A stretch of DNA of 64,000 nt from Pseudogymnoascus verrucosus. Its lineage: Eukaryota. Location: the NCBI GenBank assembly GCA_001662655.1, contig KV460225.1. One strand, given 5' to 3'. Positions within the stretch are counted from its first letter, which is position 1, and every line of letters begins with the position of its first letter. Both the position numbers and the translations under genes were made by a program. The notes beneath the pieces are model-generated. The model had not been told where the DNA came from, searched no databases, and worked only from the letters and a program-made list of their open reading frames with translations. Of this stretch, positions 40,881 through 52,752 are shown piece after piece.

Positions 40881-41422
40881 TGTTACGGCTCTCGGAGGAA
40901 CTATGGACCGTGTAGGGTTCTGGTGTTATAACAGGATATCTACTACCGGACTCTCGACATGGTCAATTTCCACTTCCGTCTTTGGTCCTGAGCTGTTGCT
41001 GCTTTAACCTGAGCTTTGGGTGAGCTAGACTGATCTGTGACTGAGCTTGGCTGAGCAAGCATGAGCCGGGTCTGCATTAGCGCAGACCCGGCTCAGGCGA
41101 TGCATTAGCGCAGATGACCGCCAGATTATGCTGCTCGACAATATTTGCTGCCCGCTAAAATTGGAAATTTCCATGTACGCCAGTTCTGGGCTTCTATCTC
41201 ACGTGGTACTAAGTGCGTGCGACGCTAGCACTACCATTCGAGCAAGCTTTCCATTAGGCTCTGATCTTTGGCAATGCTTGGCATGCGGGGAAACTACAAT
41301 GCTGACAAATATTTGACTCCAGACTCCAGATCGCCCTGTTTCCCTATAGAACTATTAGGCCTGATGCATGATTAGACGAGCTTCTAATCCAATAAAGGCA
41401 TACACACTATAACTACCGTACA
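40881..41422. mobile_element. Candidate solo LTR
   Basis: Starts TGTTACGG and ends CCGTACA (near-inverted termini). AATAAA lies ~30 bp before the end. No target-site duplication visible. Confidence 0.3.
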
Positions 41423-41601
41423 TGTCGCACACGAATCAATCATCGGGTCTCAAAAATAGCAATACCTCCAGTCTTATCATCGACATATTTTCAGAGGGGG
41501 TACTTGACCGTAAAATTCGCGACTGCAACATAACTCCTCCATTGAAGAGATTATTGCTCACGATAAGTGAATGACGCCCCGCATTCTTGCATATATACAT
41601 C

Positions 41602-44170
41602 ATGTCCACAGGACAAAGAAATGTCTCGTACAGCCGCGCTGTCCAAGCGTAATTACACATGGTGAACGTCTCGATACTTTGTTTTGCGCTGACTTGCGGA
41701 CAGATGCAAGCGATGCAAGAGACGTAAGACGAAATGTAGTGGTTCTCGTCCCTGCCGAAGCTGTGGGGAGGCCGAGCACGACTGTGTCTATCCAGATACT
41801 GGGCAACAGGCCCAACAGGTTCTTGTTCCTAGAGAGTAGGGCCGCATTCTATCTGTTTGATCCTTCTACTTGCACGGGCTTATGAGCTGCAGGTACCTGA
41901 ATTATCTGGAGGGCCAGATACGCCTGTCTAAACCCCATGACGAATGTGCCACACCGCTGCAGCATGCACAGGGAATTTCATCTCAAAATGAAGCCACGGC
42001 AGCAGCATGCCTTCCTCTTCCATTAGACCAACAGCGTCGCAGTCCCTTGACCAGTGCACTTGATGGTACCAGCGATTCCGATGTCCTTGAAAATCCTCTG
42101 ATTAGGGACATGGCACGACTTGTTTTAGGCCCATCTGGAACACATCGTAAGCCGTCTCCGTCACTGAGGCTGTACTCTGATGATTAATTCTGAGCAGACT
42201 ACTTAGGAAACTCCTCATCAACATCCCTTGGCCTTCAATTTGGCGATGTTGTCAAGTCGCTCAAACCTGACGACTATAGTGCTGATATAGACGTTGATTA
42301 TTCAACTTGTAATCATACAGCATGGCCTATCGCGCGTCCGCTTCGATCAACAATTCGGCCTTTACCTTCTTACAGCACTGCCATGCATTTGTATGCTGTA
42401 CAGCATATGTATATTGGTACAGTATTTTCATTTGTTGACCCGCACCTGTTTCAGCAACGATTGGCACAAATGTACGAGAAAGCGCCCGACCTTTCGCAGC
42501 TAGATACACGTCTCTCGTACTGTCAAATAATGTTGGTCTTTGCGTACGGCCAACTGTATTCGATCAACCAGTCGACTGGACATGACGGGCCACCAGGGTT
42601 TTCGTACTTCACGGAAGCTTTGGATTTTCTTCCTGACATCCGTGAGGAAGGGTCACTTCTCTTTGTAGAAGTACTTTCTCTTGTTGGATACTTCATGATG
42701 ATATTGAACCGCCGAGACACGGCATTCCTTTATGTATAAGTTCTCTACTCATTTGTATATGTCTCCGTGATGAGCATCTAACACTTCGTTTAGAACGGGC
42801 TTGCATTCCGGATGGCAATATCACTGGGGCTACATCAAGAAGTGCCGGAGCTTGTTTTGATGGATACATCTATGCGAATATATAGAAGGCGCTTATGGTG
42901 GGCTGTATATAGTATGGATAGGTATGCACTTATCTCTAATGTCGTTACGAGTTCACTTACAGTTTAGGATTTTATCTTGCAAATCTGGCAATCCAATCAG
43001 CATTGCTGATGAAGACATTAGCGTCTTGCCACCTTCACCTTTAGTAAGGGCGGTTATACCTTTTACAGATGTCGCTAATGTATTGAAGCCAGGAGAAGAC
43101 CATATCACGGGCTCAGCAGCAATATTATGGCGATATACAACGCTGACGAAGATTCTCGGAGATATTTCAACAAGTATGTGTTCCACAATTTGTGAAGCTG
43201 AACACAAGACTGATTCTTGTTGAGAAATTTATCGTAGAACCCGGCAGACAGCATCCGAACTGATCGTTTCGGTCCTTGGTCTACTTAATAACCTTTCAAG
43301 CTGGCTTCACGACTTACCAGAAGAGCTACGTCTGAATCTCACCGATATGGACAAATGTCCAAATCTATCGCGAGAAATCATTTCAATATACCTTCACTAC
43401 TTCCAATGTATTACAATGACCGCGCGCCCGCTACTCTTCCACGTGGTGGAAAACAGACTCAAGAGTCAGCTAGGTTCCGATACTGGGCCCGCCGCCTGGA
43501 GACAAACCCTCTCTCCTATAACTGTGGCAGTTATCGATACCTGTGTATCAACTGCTATTGATAGCACTGCCGTTATATATGCGGCAGCCAAACAAAATCT
43601 CATCGGTCAGTAATTACCGTCTGCTTCTGTCTTCTCTATATTTCACAGGGATAAGCTCACACTTTGGCAGCTACATATGGTTTTATGGACAGCGACCATG
43701 TATTTTCCACTACAATGGTGCTGGTCATGGGCAACCTCGCCACTCCCTACAATGCTCGTTGCCGTGCATCTACAACAACTGCCCTGTCAATGCTTCAATG
43801 GATGGCAGAGCGAGGTAACCATCAAAGCAAAGCGCGTCATGAGTTTCTCCTAGGCCTGCGAGCCAAGACTAAACATCTCTGGCTGTGGTGCCCACCAGAA
43901 TCCCAGACAGCCGATAGCCAGCCTGAGACTGTGCCAGGGGTTACAACCATGCCTGAGCCTGCCATAGAAGCTTGTCCGTCAACATCGGAAGTATTTGGTG
44001 ATAGAATGGGGAATGATGATACAAATAGAGCGTACGGAAACGTGGCGCCTCTCCAGCTGCACGGTTGGGACGATGAGCTTGGAGTTATGGACGCCACATT
44101 TTGGGAAGATAGCTATGGGAATCTAGAGGTTGGGATGGACTTCGATTGGACTACTGTAGCGGAGAAATAG
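41602..44170 (+). CDS. Zn(II)2Cys6 transcription factor with fungal-specific TF domain, about 8 introns
   Basis: Spliced ACKRCKRRKTKCSGSRPCRSCGEAEHDCVY. Middle region GLAFRMAISLGLHQE..RRRLWWAVYSMDR. Acidic C-terminus. Confidence 0.88.
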
Positions 44171-45127
44171 GTTTTGATGGACTCTATGTACTAGAATAGT
44201 GTAAAGGAGCGGAATATAAGGTTGGAGGCGAACCTGCTGCAAATAACCCTGCGCACAAACGTAAACCAGAGCAATGTCTGACATTCGGGATGCACCTTGC
44301 CTCTATCTACTCGGACCAGCTATTGACACGATTACGAGTTGCTCCTAGCACTACCCGTTTAACGCGGTGATTGCTATCGCCATACTCAGCAATGTATTAC
44401 TATAAATCAAGTATGAAACGTGGATAGAGGCCATTAGAACGTGCCGTCGAAATTTTCTGCTATGGGCTGTGTTGTATCACTGCTATTACCTCGAATCTAA
44501 GGAGCACGCCTGAAATTGAGACTAGGGCAAGTATGCAATTAAGAGCCTATCAGCGTCCAAATAATATAGCAATATGTGACGGTCCCAGGGACAAAAAGTG
44601 ATGCTTCGAAAGCAAGAATGAATTGCCCTCTTGCTTGCGATACATTGTTTATGACTAAGGCGGTAAACAATAAGTTATCATAGATGCGTGTAAGACGCTG
44701 ACACTGGCAAATCTACGCCAACTACGGTAAGCGCGGCCTTTCGGAAATGCCTAGCGTACGCGAATCTTCCATCCAATCGCTGACGTCGGCGGTGCCTAGC
44801 GCGCCTCTTACTTTCAGTTGGTTCCTAGAGAAAACAGAGTTGGTTTAGAACACTTACCGATGAGAACCATATTGCTGAACCCTCCCGATGTCGAGCAGGG
44901 AAATGGGCCTAATAGCTCCGAAGTCAACCCGAACAGCAAGTTTCTCCACGATGAAATTCGTGACATCTCCTCGCCCGCAGGGAATTTCACTCATCACGTG
45001 CTGACCTCTGGCCCAGCATCATTTCTCAAGTCTTATTTGCTCTATATCCTGCCCATATCGTGCCATCATTTTCTTGTCTGCCGCCCTCATACTCTTGAAC
45101 AAGGTATATTTTACCTCTCCGATCCTA

Positions 45128-47580
45128 ATGAATTTACAGACCCATCAATTTCGCTCCTCCGCACCCTCAGAAAAATCTCCGAGTCGGCGACATGGTCGCC
45201 AGCCTAGCTCTGGGACATCCCTCCAATCTGTCAGCAAGCGCTCGAGATCGTACTCTACGGTATGGTAGCCGCCTGCACAATGGTGGCCTTTTAATTTCAG
45301 CTTGACAGAAATCTGCTGATATTGGAAATTTGTTGTAGATCGTCGCAGACAACGTGCCCAGCGATGCATTAGGGGCGTTACAAGCAAAACTATCCCTGAG
45401 AAGGGGAAGCCTAGGTAAGCTTGTAGTTGCTGCCGTGTCTACTGTTTGCCGACGTATTGACATTTTATCCTATCAGATGTGTTGTCTATTAAACCACGAA
45501 CATTTTTGATACCAGTACAGCCGACGCTGAGGGCTCTGTTGCAAAGGGAGGATACTGATAACAATCTCCAGATTACTATCGAAGACAAGGGGCCAAAGGT
45601 ATTCTCTCTTTGAAGCCATATCACTATTTGTACTGACTTTATGCCGAAATAGGTCCTCTCTGTTGGAACCGCTTCTTCGGGCGGAAACAAAAAGTTCCAT
45701 CTTCGCGGTACTTATGTGCTCTCCAACCTCCTGCAAGAGTTGAGTCTAGCAAGCGAATTGGACAAAAGCCATGTAATTATACCGGAAACGCGGCTCAATG
45801 AGAATCCGGTATCTCGACTATCTAGAATCATCAAATACTCGTACTGGGATCGCCTCACTCGCAGAATTGATGCGAACAACATTGAAATCGTCGGCAGAGA
45901 CCCTAAGGATTGGACAGATGACCCACGACCTCGGATATACGTTCCATGGGGAGCTCCGGAGCAGTATGAGTATTATCAGGAGGTTGCTAGAAATCGGCCT
46001 GAGATCCGCTTAGATGTGAGGCGACTCCCCGAAGGCCCCATCAACCCGGAATATGCTCGGGATATGGATATAGCTGCACCGGGGCTTCTTGCGTTGGGAT
46101 TAGAAGAGTATGTCGACGAATTCGGCAAAATTTCAAAGCGCGGACTGCCTTTCGTAGTACCAGGTGGTAGATTCAACGAGCTATACGGCTGGGATAGCTA
46201 TTTTATTCTCCTCGGGTTATTATCGAATGGCCGCACTGACCTCGCAAAATCAATCGTGTCCAATTTCTGCTATTCCATCAAGCATTATGGCAAGATACAT
46301 AACGCGAACAGGTCCTACTATATTACTCGCTCACAACCTCCTTTCTTAACCGATATGGCTATCCAAGTGTACGATCACATTCGAGATGAGTCTGGCGCAC
46401 TGGATTTTCTTCGACAGGCCGTTTTGGCATCTATCAAAGAGTACTATGGCATCTGGGTCGCATTGCCACGTTTGGATCATGTCACACGTCTGTCCAGATA
46501 CCGATCAGATGGTATCGGCATTCCTCCGGAGACCGAAGCATCACATTTCACCCAAATTCTCAAACCATACGCCTTGAAACACAACCTAAGCGTCCCGGAA
46601 TTTATTAAAGCCTACAATCTGTGCCAGATTACCGAACCGGAACTGGACGAGTATCTTCTTCACGATCGGGCTTTAAGGGAATCTGGCCACGATACTACAT
46701 ACCGGTTCGAGGGCGTTTGTGCTAACCTGGCAACTGTGGATCTCAATTCACTTCTCTATAAATATGAGACCGATATTTCTCGCATAATCCGCGACAATTT
46801 TCAAGATAACCTAGAAATTCCTAGGGAGTTCCGCATCTGCGAGATGCAAGTTGGCAATGAAAGTTCTGCTGTGTGGGATCGGAGGGCCAAATTGAGAAAA
46901 CGCATGATGGACAAGTATCTGTGGAACGCAAAAGAGAATATGTACTTTGACTACGATACAATCAACAAGAAGCAAATGTTGTATGAGTCTGTAACAACCT
47001 TCTGGCCCATGTGGGCCGGCGTCGCTAGCCCTCAACAATCCTCTCTCTTGATGCGCCATGCGCTTCCTAAATTCGAAGTCCAAGGTGGGCTTGTTTCCGG
47101 AACGGAAAAGTCACGTGGCAAAATTACCCAGATTCGCCCCAACCGTCAATGGGATTATCCTTACGGCTGGGCTCCACATCAGATGCTTGCCTGGAAGGGT
47201 CTGTTAAGGTATGGATACCAAGAAGAGGCGGAGAGACTTGCGTACAAATGGCTTTGGATGATGACGAAGGCTTTCGTTGAGTATAACGGTGTTGTGGTGG
47301 AGAAATACGATGTCACTCGTCCTATCGGCCCGCACAAGGTTGATGCTGAGTATGGAAACCAAGGCGCTAATTTTCAAGGTGTTTCAAGAGAAGGGTAAGT
47401 CTTCGGTTGGCCATATCCTACATGTCCATTTGCTGAAAACTGTCCGAGTAACTAATGGGGCTTTCTAGATTTGGCTGGGCAAACGCAAGCTATGTCTATG
47501 GATTGCAAAACCTCAATACGCACATGAAGCGCGGTTTGGGGGCGTGTGTTCCATATGAAACATTTAAGAGAGCTACTTAA
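45128..47580 (+). CDS. NTH1: Cytosolic neutral trehalase (GH37); introns ~45260-45338, 45416-45477, 45599-45652, 47395-47469
   Basis: RSRSYST and RRGSLD PKA-type sites, Ca-binding [12 protein letters not shown], and GH37 motifs [49 protein letters not shown] and GFGWAN. No signal peptide. Confidence 0.95.
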
Positions 47581-47801
47581 CGATATGAAGTCTCAAGGAA
47601 AAGATAATTGTTGAGAGTGCGGCACGTTCGGGGCTATATAGTTAGAAGGATGAATTGCAAAAGTTATTTGAATTTAATGACAGTAGGGTTGGATTTACTG
47701 TTGCTTAGGGTTAAGTGTTGTATTAGGGTATATGTTACTGATAAACTATGCTATACAAAATATTAACCCCTCCTAGCCTTATAGGTATTTCTATAACTTT
47801 C

Positions 47802-49421
47802 CTAAGGATCTTCTGCAATAATCGGTTCGTCGCTGAAGAGGTCAATGTGAGTTGTAGCAAACTTCCTCGCTTTGATTTTTTGGTCGAACAGCGCATCTAA
47901 TTCCGCAAATGTACGGCCTTTTGACTCGGGCAGCCGGAAGAAGCTCCATACAAGGCATAGGGTGCAGGATCCCGCCCAGAAGAATCCCGTCTTCGCTTTC
48001 CAGTTCCAAGCCGTTGGGTTAAGCATGTATGGAGTGATAACGCCGTTCACGATGCTGAAGACATTGTACACGATCCTTGCTAGCACGATCGTCTTGGCGC
48101 GGAGCCGTAGCGACGAGATCTCTGAGACAATTGAATAGCATACAGGGCCCACAGTCAGGTTGTAGATCAGAGCAAAGACAAGTAACATGGAACCAGACGC
48201 CCACTGTGCGCCTTTGTTGGAGTTTGGAGCAATGCCAGTGAAGCCAATAATGTACAGCAGGGCGGCAAGTATAGTGAGACCGACAACGTATAGCCTACGT
48301 CGACCGAAGTGGCTCAGTAGAAACCAAGATAAGACGGTTCCAATAAAGCCGATAGCGTACTGGCCCATGGAAAAATTGAAGGAGTTGGTAGGGTTGATTC
48401 CAGCCTGGATGAAAAAGTAGGTCGAATTGTTCATGAATGCCGACCCACAGAGATTTTGGATCGCCCATGTCACGCACGAAATTTCCGTTCGGCGAAGGTC
48501 AGTACCTTTGAAGCAATCGAAGTACGAGGTTCCGCTTGACATTTCCTTCTCGATTTCGTTGGTGTGGATCATCATTGCCACCGTGTTATCAGCACTTTCG
48601 ATGTCGTCGGGGTCTTGGAGTGCCAGGCGCTGGATAACCGCTTTAGCTTCGGCCTCTCGTCCTTTCCTAACTAACCACCAAGGCGATTCAGGTGCAAAAA
48701 GAACGCCAACTATAATGGGCATTGGCCACATCCATTGGAGTGCGTATGGAATGCGGTAAGCCCATTCGCCCTGACGCGTGAGACAGGCACGTAAAATACC
48801 AGAAGCCAGCAATTGACCCATGACCCAGCAAAGGTTGACGTATGTTGTTAAGTAAGCTCTGAGAGCGACAGGGCAAATCTCAGCCGCGTATGTGGTCGGG
48901 ACTGTTTGAAAAACACCCCATGGAATGCCCATAAGAATACAGCCGATTTGGAGTGTTATAATGTTGGGTGCGAAGAATGGGATAAAGATGAAGGCAGTAA
49001 TAATAGACAATGCTATAAGCATTATCTTCCTGTAGCCGATCCGTTCCGCAAGATAACCAGCGACGAAGAGGCCGAGTATCTCCCCAACAGCGGCTCCGTT
49101 ATAGAGACCAGCCTGCCACGCTGCTGAAAGTTGATAGCTGCCATCAGGTTGGCGCTGGCCGTACTTCGTTGTCCAGGGAAGAAAGGCGAGGAATGAGGTG
49201 ATGAGGAGTAGATCATACCCCTCCATGACAACAGCCGTGGAGAGGAGTATAGACCAGCCAATGGCTTTGGGGTAGCGCCTGAGTGCTTCGCTCAGGGACA
49301 TTCTCAGCTCCTTTTCCGTCGCAATCTTAGCCTGTGCTTTGAGGTCTGTCTTTAAGCATGTATTGTCCGTTCCTAAGGACTGGTCCTCAACCATCTCGAC
49401 ATCGTCCTTGGTGAAATTCAT
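47802..49421 (-). CDS. Alpha-glucoside:H+ symporter (maltose/trehalose permease, MAL11/AGT1-like MFS), intronless
   Basis: YPKAIGWSILLSTAVVMEGYD, GIPWGVFQ, LRAYLTTYVNLCW, PESPWWL and PESKGRTFAELD are maltose permease subfamily motifs. Confidence 0.92.
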   Translation of the reverse strand: MNFTKDDVEMVEDQSLGTDNTCLKTDLKAQAKIATEKELRMSLSEALRRYPKAIGWSILLSTAVVMEGYDLLLITSFLAFLPWTTKYGQRQPDGSYQLSAAWQAGLYNGAAVGEILGLFVAGYLAERIGYRKIMLIALSIITAFIFIPFFAPNIITLQIGCILMGIPWGVFQTVPTTYAAEICPVALRAYLTTYVNLCWVMGQLLASGILRACLTRQGEWAYRIPYALQWMWPMPIIVGVLFAPESPWWLVRKGREAEAKAVIQRLALQDPDDIESADNTVAMMIHTNEIEKEMSSGTSYFDCFKGTDLRRTEISCVTWAIQNLCGSAFMNNSTYFFIQAGINPTNSFNFSMGQYAIGFIGTVLSWFLLSHFGRRRLYVVGLTILAALLYIIGFTGIAPNSNKGAQWASGSMLLVFALIYNLTVGPVCYSIVSEISSLRLRAKTIVLARIVYNVFSIVNGVITPYMLNPTAWNWKAKTGFFWAGSCTLCLVWSFFRLPESKGRTFAELDALFDQKIKARKFATTHIDLFSDEPIIAEDP

Positions 49422-50178
49422 GGTTGTGACAAAAAGGGAAGGAGATGTTCTAAGACGATTGGTCGGTGGAACGACAAGTCGAAGTCACGATGATAAAGAG
49501 GATAGAGTATCAAGGTAAAGATAGAATGAACAGAGAAAGACGGGGAATCGACGGACGGAGATTCATGCTCTATTTGTTCTCGGCTTACCCCAGACATTTA
49601 CCCCGGAGTGGGGCCTCGGAGAGGGCGCTACTGCTCTCTTTAACAGGCTGCGCTCTGAGAGGTCGGGAGTGCGGGGAGACAATTGAAGGCAAGTCTATAC
49701 CGACGCTCACAATCTAACCATCTTGGTGACATCTCACGGTTGTGGCAGGAGGGACGAAGTACAGGCTATCCAATATGTCTTAGGTTTCCGTTTAAGCTCG
49801 CTGGACCACTTCCTATCCATGCTTCAAGTTGCAAACTATAAAATCAGTAGCTACAGCGCGTGTACACTAAATGGCAAAGGTTGTACAGACAGATTCAGCG
49901 AGAGTTACTAAACCACGACGTTAGTGTACTAATGAGGCCTTGCCCTCAACACGGATGACTAATAGTTTATACAAAATACTCATAGCCTGCCCCTACAGCG
50001 CAAGGTGCCAATTGAACCACAGAGCCACAGATCTATTGCACAGCACCCTGAGACTCCGCTCTCCGAGCTCGGTACATACATACTTACTGAGGCAATTAAA
50101 ACGTATGATCCGATCGATTTAATGGTGAAGCTACGAAGTGCGCCCGAGTGATGCGGCGTTGGCCATTAGACGTAAGAC

Positions 50179-50375
50179 GCGCGCTAGGCCTTTCCGACAT
50201 GCCGGCTCTTGAGGCCAATATGTGATTGGAGGGGCGAGGAGTGTGCGCTAGGTATTTCCGAAGGGCCGTGCTGCAAGAATTTTGGCTTGCGGGGCGAGGA
50301 GCGTGCGCTAGGTATTTCCGATGGGCTGTGCTGCAAGAATGTAGGATTGCGGGCAGAGGCGCTAGGCATTGCCGG
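50179..50375. repeat. 60-bp direct repeat (2 near-identical units plus 2 partial)
   Basis: ggggcgaggag.gtgcgctaggtatttccga.gggc.gtgctgcaagaat at 50231 and 50291. GCGCTAGG also occurs at ~50181 and ~50359. Confidence 0.85.
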
Positions 50376-50776
50376 TAATGTTGCGGGGACAGACATTGGT
50401 CACACACACGTATCTGGAAACAATTGAATGAGGAGAGGAAACTCGATCTTGAGACCCAGTAGCTTATGACTAACCCGCTCAAAATCGGGTGAAACACACT
50501 ATTTGGCAATTGCAATTGTAACAGCGGCGAAAGATTCAATGATGCCAAAGGATAGTGGAGACAGAAGGGAGCTTCGCCTTTTTTTAAGAAGTCCGGAAGT
50601 TTTGCTGGTGAGGGTATATATATTGCCGTTTACCTTCTCCTATGACCTTTCTCATAATACAGATTTTCCCAGCAAGAGACGTCCTGTATACACGAAAACT
50701 ATCACTCTTTACGAAAGTTTCTTTGTAGGAACGTAAGGGAAGATTTGTGGGATCTAATAAAGTAGGCAATAGGAAA

Positions 50777-52395
50777 ATGGCGTGGGAAGAACCGCGGAAA
50801 ACGGGAATGCTCTATCGCAAGGTGGGCAATTCGGGCCTCCATGTTTCAGTGCTAGGGTTGGGGGGTTGGTTAACGTATGTATTTCCTGTTCTGCTCCCTT
50901 CCTAGTGCCTAATTCTGTGAGTTACTACAAATACTGATATGAGGTGCTGGATAGTTTTGGCGGACATGTTGAGAATGGTGAGTGTTAGTCCTTTTTTTCC
51001 GGGGATTGGGGGGGGGGGGAGAGGTTGCGCGTGAGAGATACGAGTCAAATGACAGATTGACGCTCCTTCGGTAGGGAACTGGTAAATTGGGCTATAGGAC
51101 TGACTTGGTGATCTGATGTGCAGAGAAGACAGCCGCGGTTATGAAGCAAGCGTATGACTGCGGTATCAACTTCTTCGATACTGCCGAGAGGTATGTGCCA
51201 ACCCTATTCCTACCCATATCTGAAATTTGACTTGGGAGCTTGAGAGTCAACTCCGAGACTTTTGCGAGATTATGCTGAGATTATTTTGAGGATAATGCTA
51301 ATGAGGTACTAGCTATTCTGCTGGTCAATCTGAAATCGCGATGGGCAAGGCGATTAAAAAATATGGATGGAAGCGAAATGATCTTGTTATCTCGGCCAAG
51401 GTAAAGTTTTTAGACCTCAGACTTGCTCCTTTCAGACACAACAGCGCGTCAAGCATAACTTTCCCCATTTGTTTCCTCTACATATCAAAACTCGCGCCAC
51501 TCTCTCTATTAGCTGCTCCTAACACCGCATAGCTCAACTGGGGCGGCGCCTATGGCGAAATCTTAGTCAATAACCACGGCCTCTCGCGCAAACACATCAT
51601 CGAAGGCCTCTCTGCCTCCCTCGAGCGCCTTCAGCTCAGCTATGTCGACATCATTTACGCGCACCAACCCGATCGCCTCACCCCCATGGAAGAAACCGTT
51701 CGAGCCTTCAACCATGTCATTAACCAGGGACAAGCCCTCTATTGGGGAACTAGCAAATGGTCTGCAGACGAGATAACGGAAGCATGCGGGATTGCGAAGC
51801 AGCTTGGGATGATCGGGCCCATTGTAGAACAGCCCTGCTATAATGTCCTGGAGCGGACGAAGGTGGAGGGCGAGTTCCAGCGGTTATATACGAGGTGTGG
51901 GATTGGATTGACGACCTTTAGCCCGCTGAAGATGGGCATGTTGAGTGGGAAATATGAGGGCGCAAAGACGTTGCCATCGGGTAGCAGGTTTGCAGAAAGC
52001 GAAGATAAGTTTGCGGTTTTCATGAAGGGACAGGTTGGGGGTGAGGATTGGAATACTACAGTGGAAAAGGTGACCAAGCTGAAGGTTCGTTATCTACCCT
52101 GCTGTCCTAGTTTTGACCCTACTTTCCCTGGATGGCCGCGTGTGAGGATAAGAAACTAACATGGCTGTAGCCCATCGCACAACGTCTTGGTGTTACGCAG
52201 AGTCAGCTGGCGCTGGCATGGTGTCTGAAGAATGAAAACGTAGCGTCAGTGATTACGGGTGCGTCAAGGCCAGAGCAGATTGTCGAGAATGTCAAGTGTC
52301 TGCAAATTCTGGACAAGTTGACACTGGAGGTACTAAATGAGATTGATGGGATATTGGGGAATAAACCGCCCCTTGATCCTGCGAGACAGGACTAG
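50777..52395 (+). CDS. Aldo-keto reductase, Kv-beta (KCNAB)-like subfamily, multiple introns
   Basis: [61 protein letters not shown] and [11 protein letters not shown]. Confidence 0.88.
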
Positions 52396-52752
52396 GTGAA
52401 TGTGTAAGGGAGGGGGTATGGGGAAAGAACGGCATGGGACGGGAGCATGCAGAATGAGAGACGGAATCAAAAAGAAAGATCATATTAAGTAGTAACTTAG
52501 ATGAGATTTGATTTTCTGAATGCTTTAGTTGAAACACAGACTAAAGACGTTAGGGTTAGTGAAAACTGTTAAGAGTAGATACCGGTGCTCGTTGGCGCGC
52601 TTCTCGCCTCCGAGAGCTGCTACCGTCCTGCATGCAGCATCCCCGTCCGTCCCCGCGTCCTCGCAGCATCTCCCTCCGCGTCCTTGCCGGCGTCTTCTCC
52701 CGCGCCTGCTGTTCCACCTGCAGCGGCGACTGCACTCCCGTCCGCACAGCCA

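Noticed and set aside
41602..44170. Calling the TF a MalR/Mal63 orthologue
   Set aside because: I cannot recognise MalR-specific similarity. Its link to the trehalase and permease rests on adjacency only.
44747..45207. Upstream ATG/ORF as the trehalase start
   Set aside because: It is not in frame with the exons carrying the PKA-type sites. The ATG at 45128 fits better.
52551..52560. TTAGGG-like motifs (also ~47705 and ~53885) as telomere remnants
   Set aside because: Only one or two units, readily produced by chance or by RIP in TA-rich DNA.
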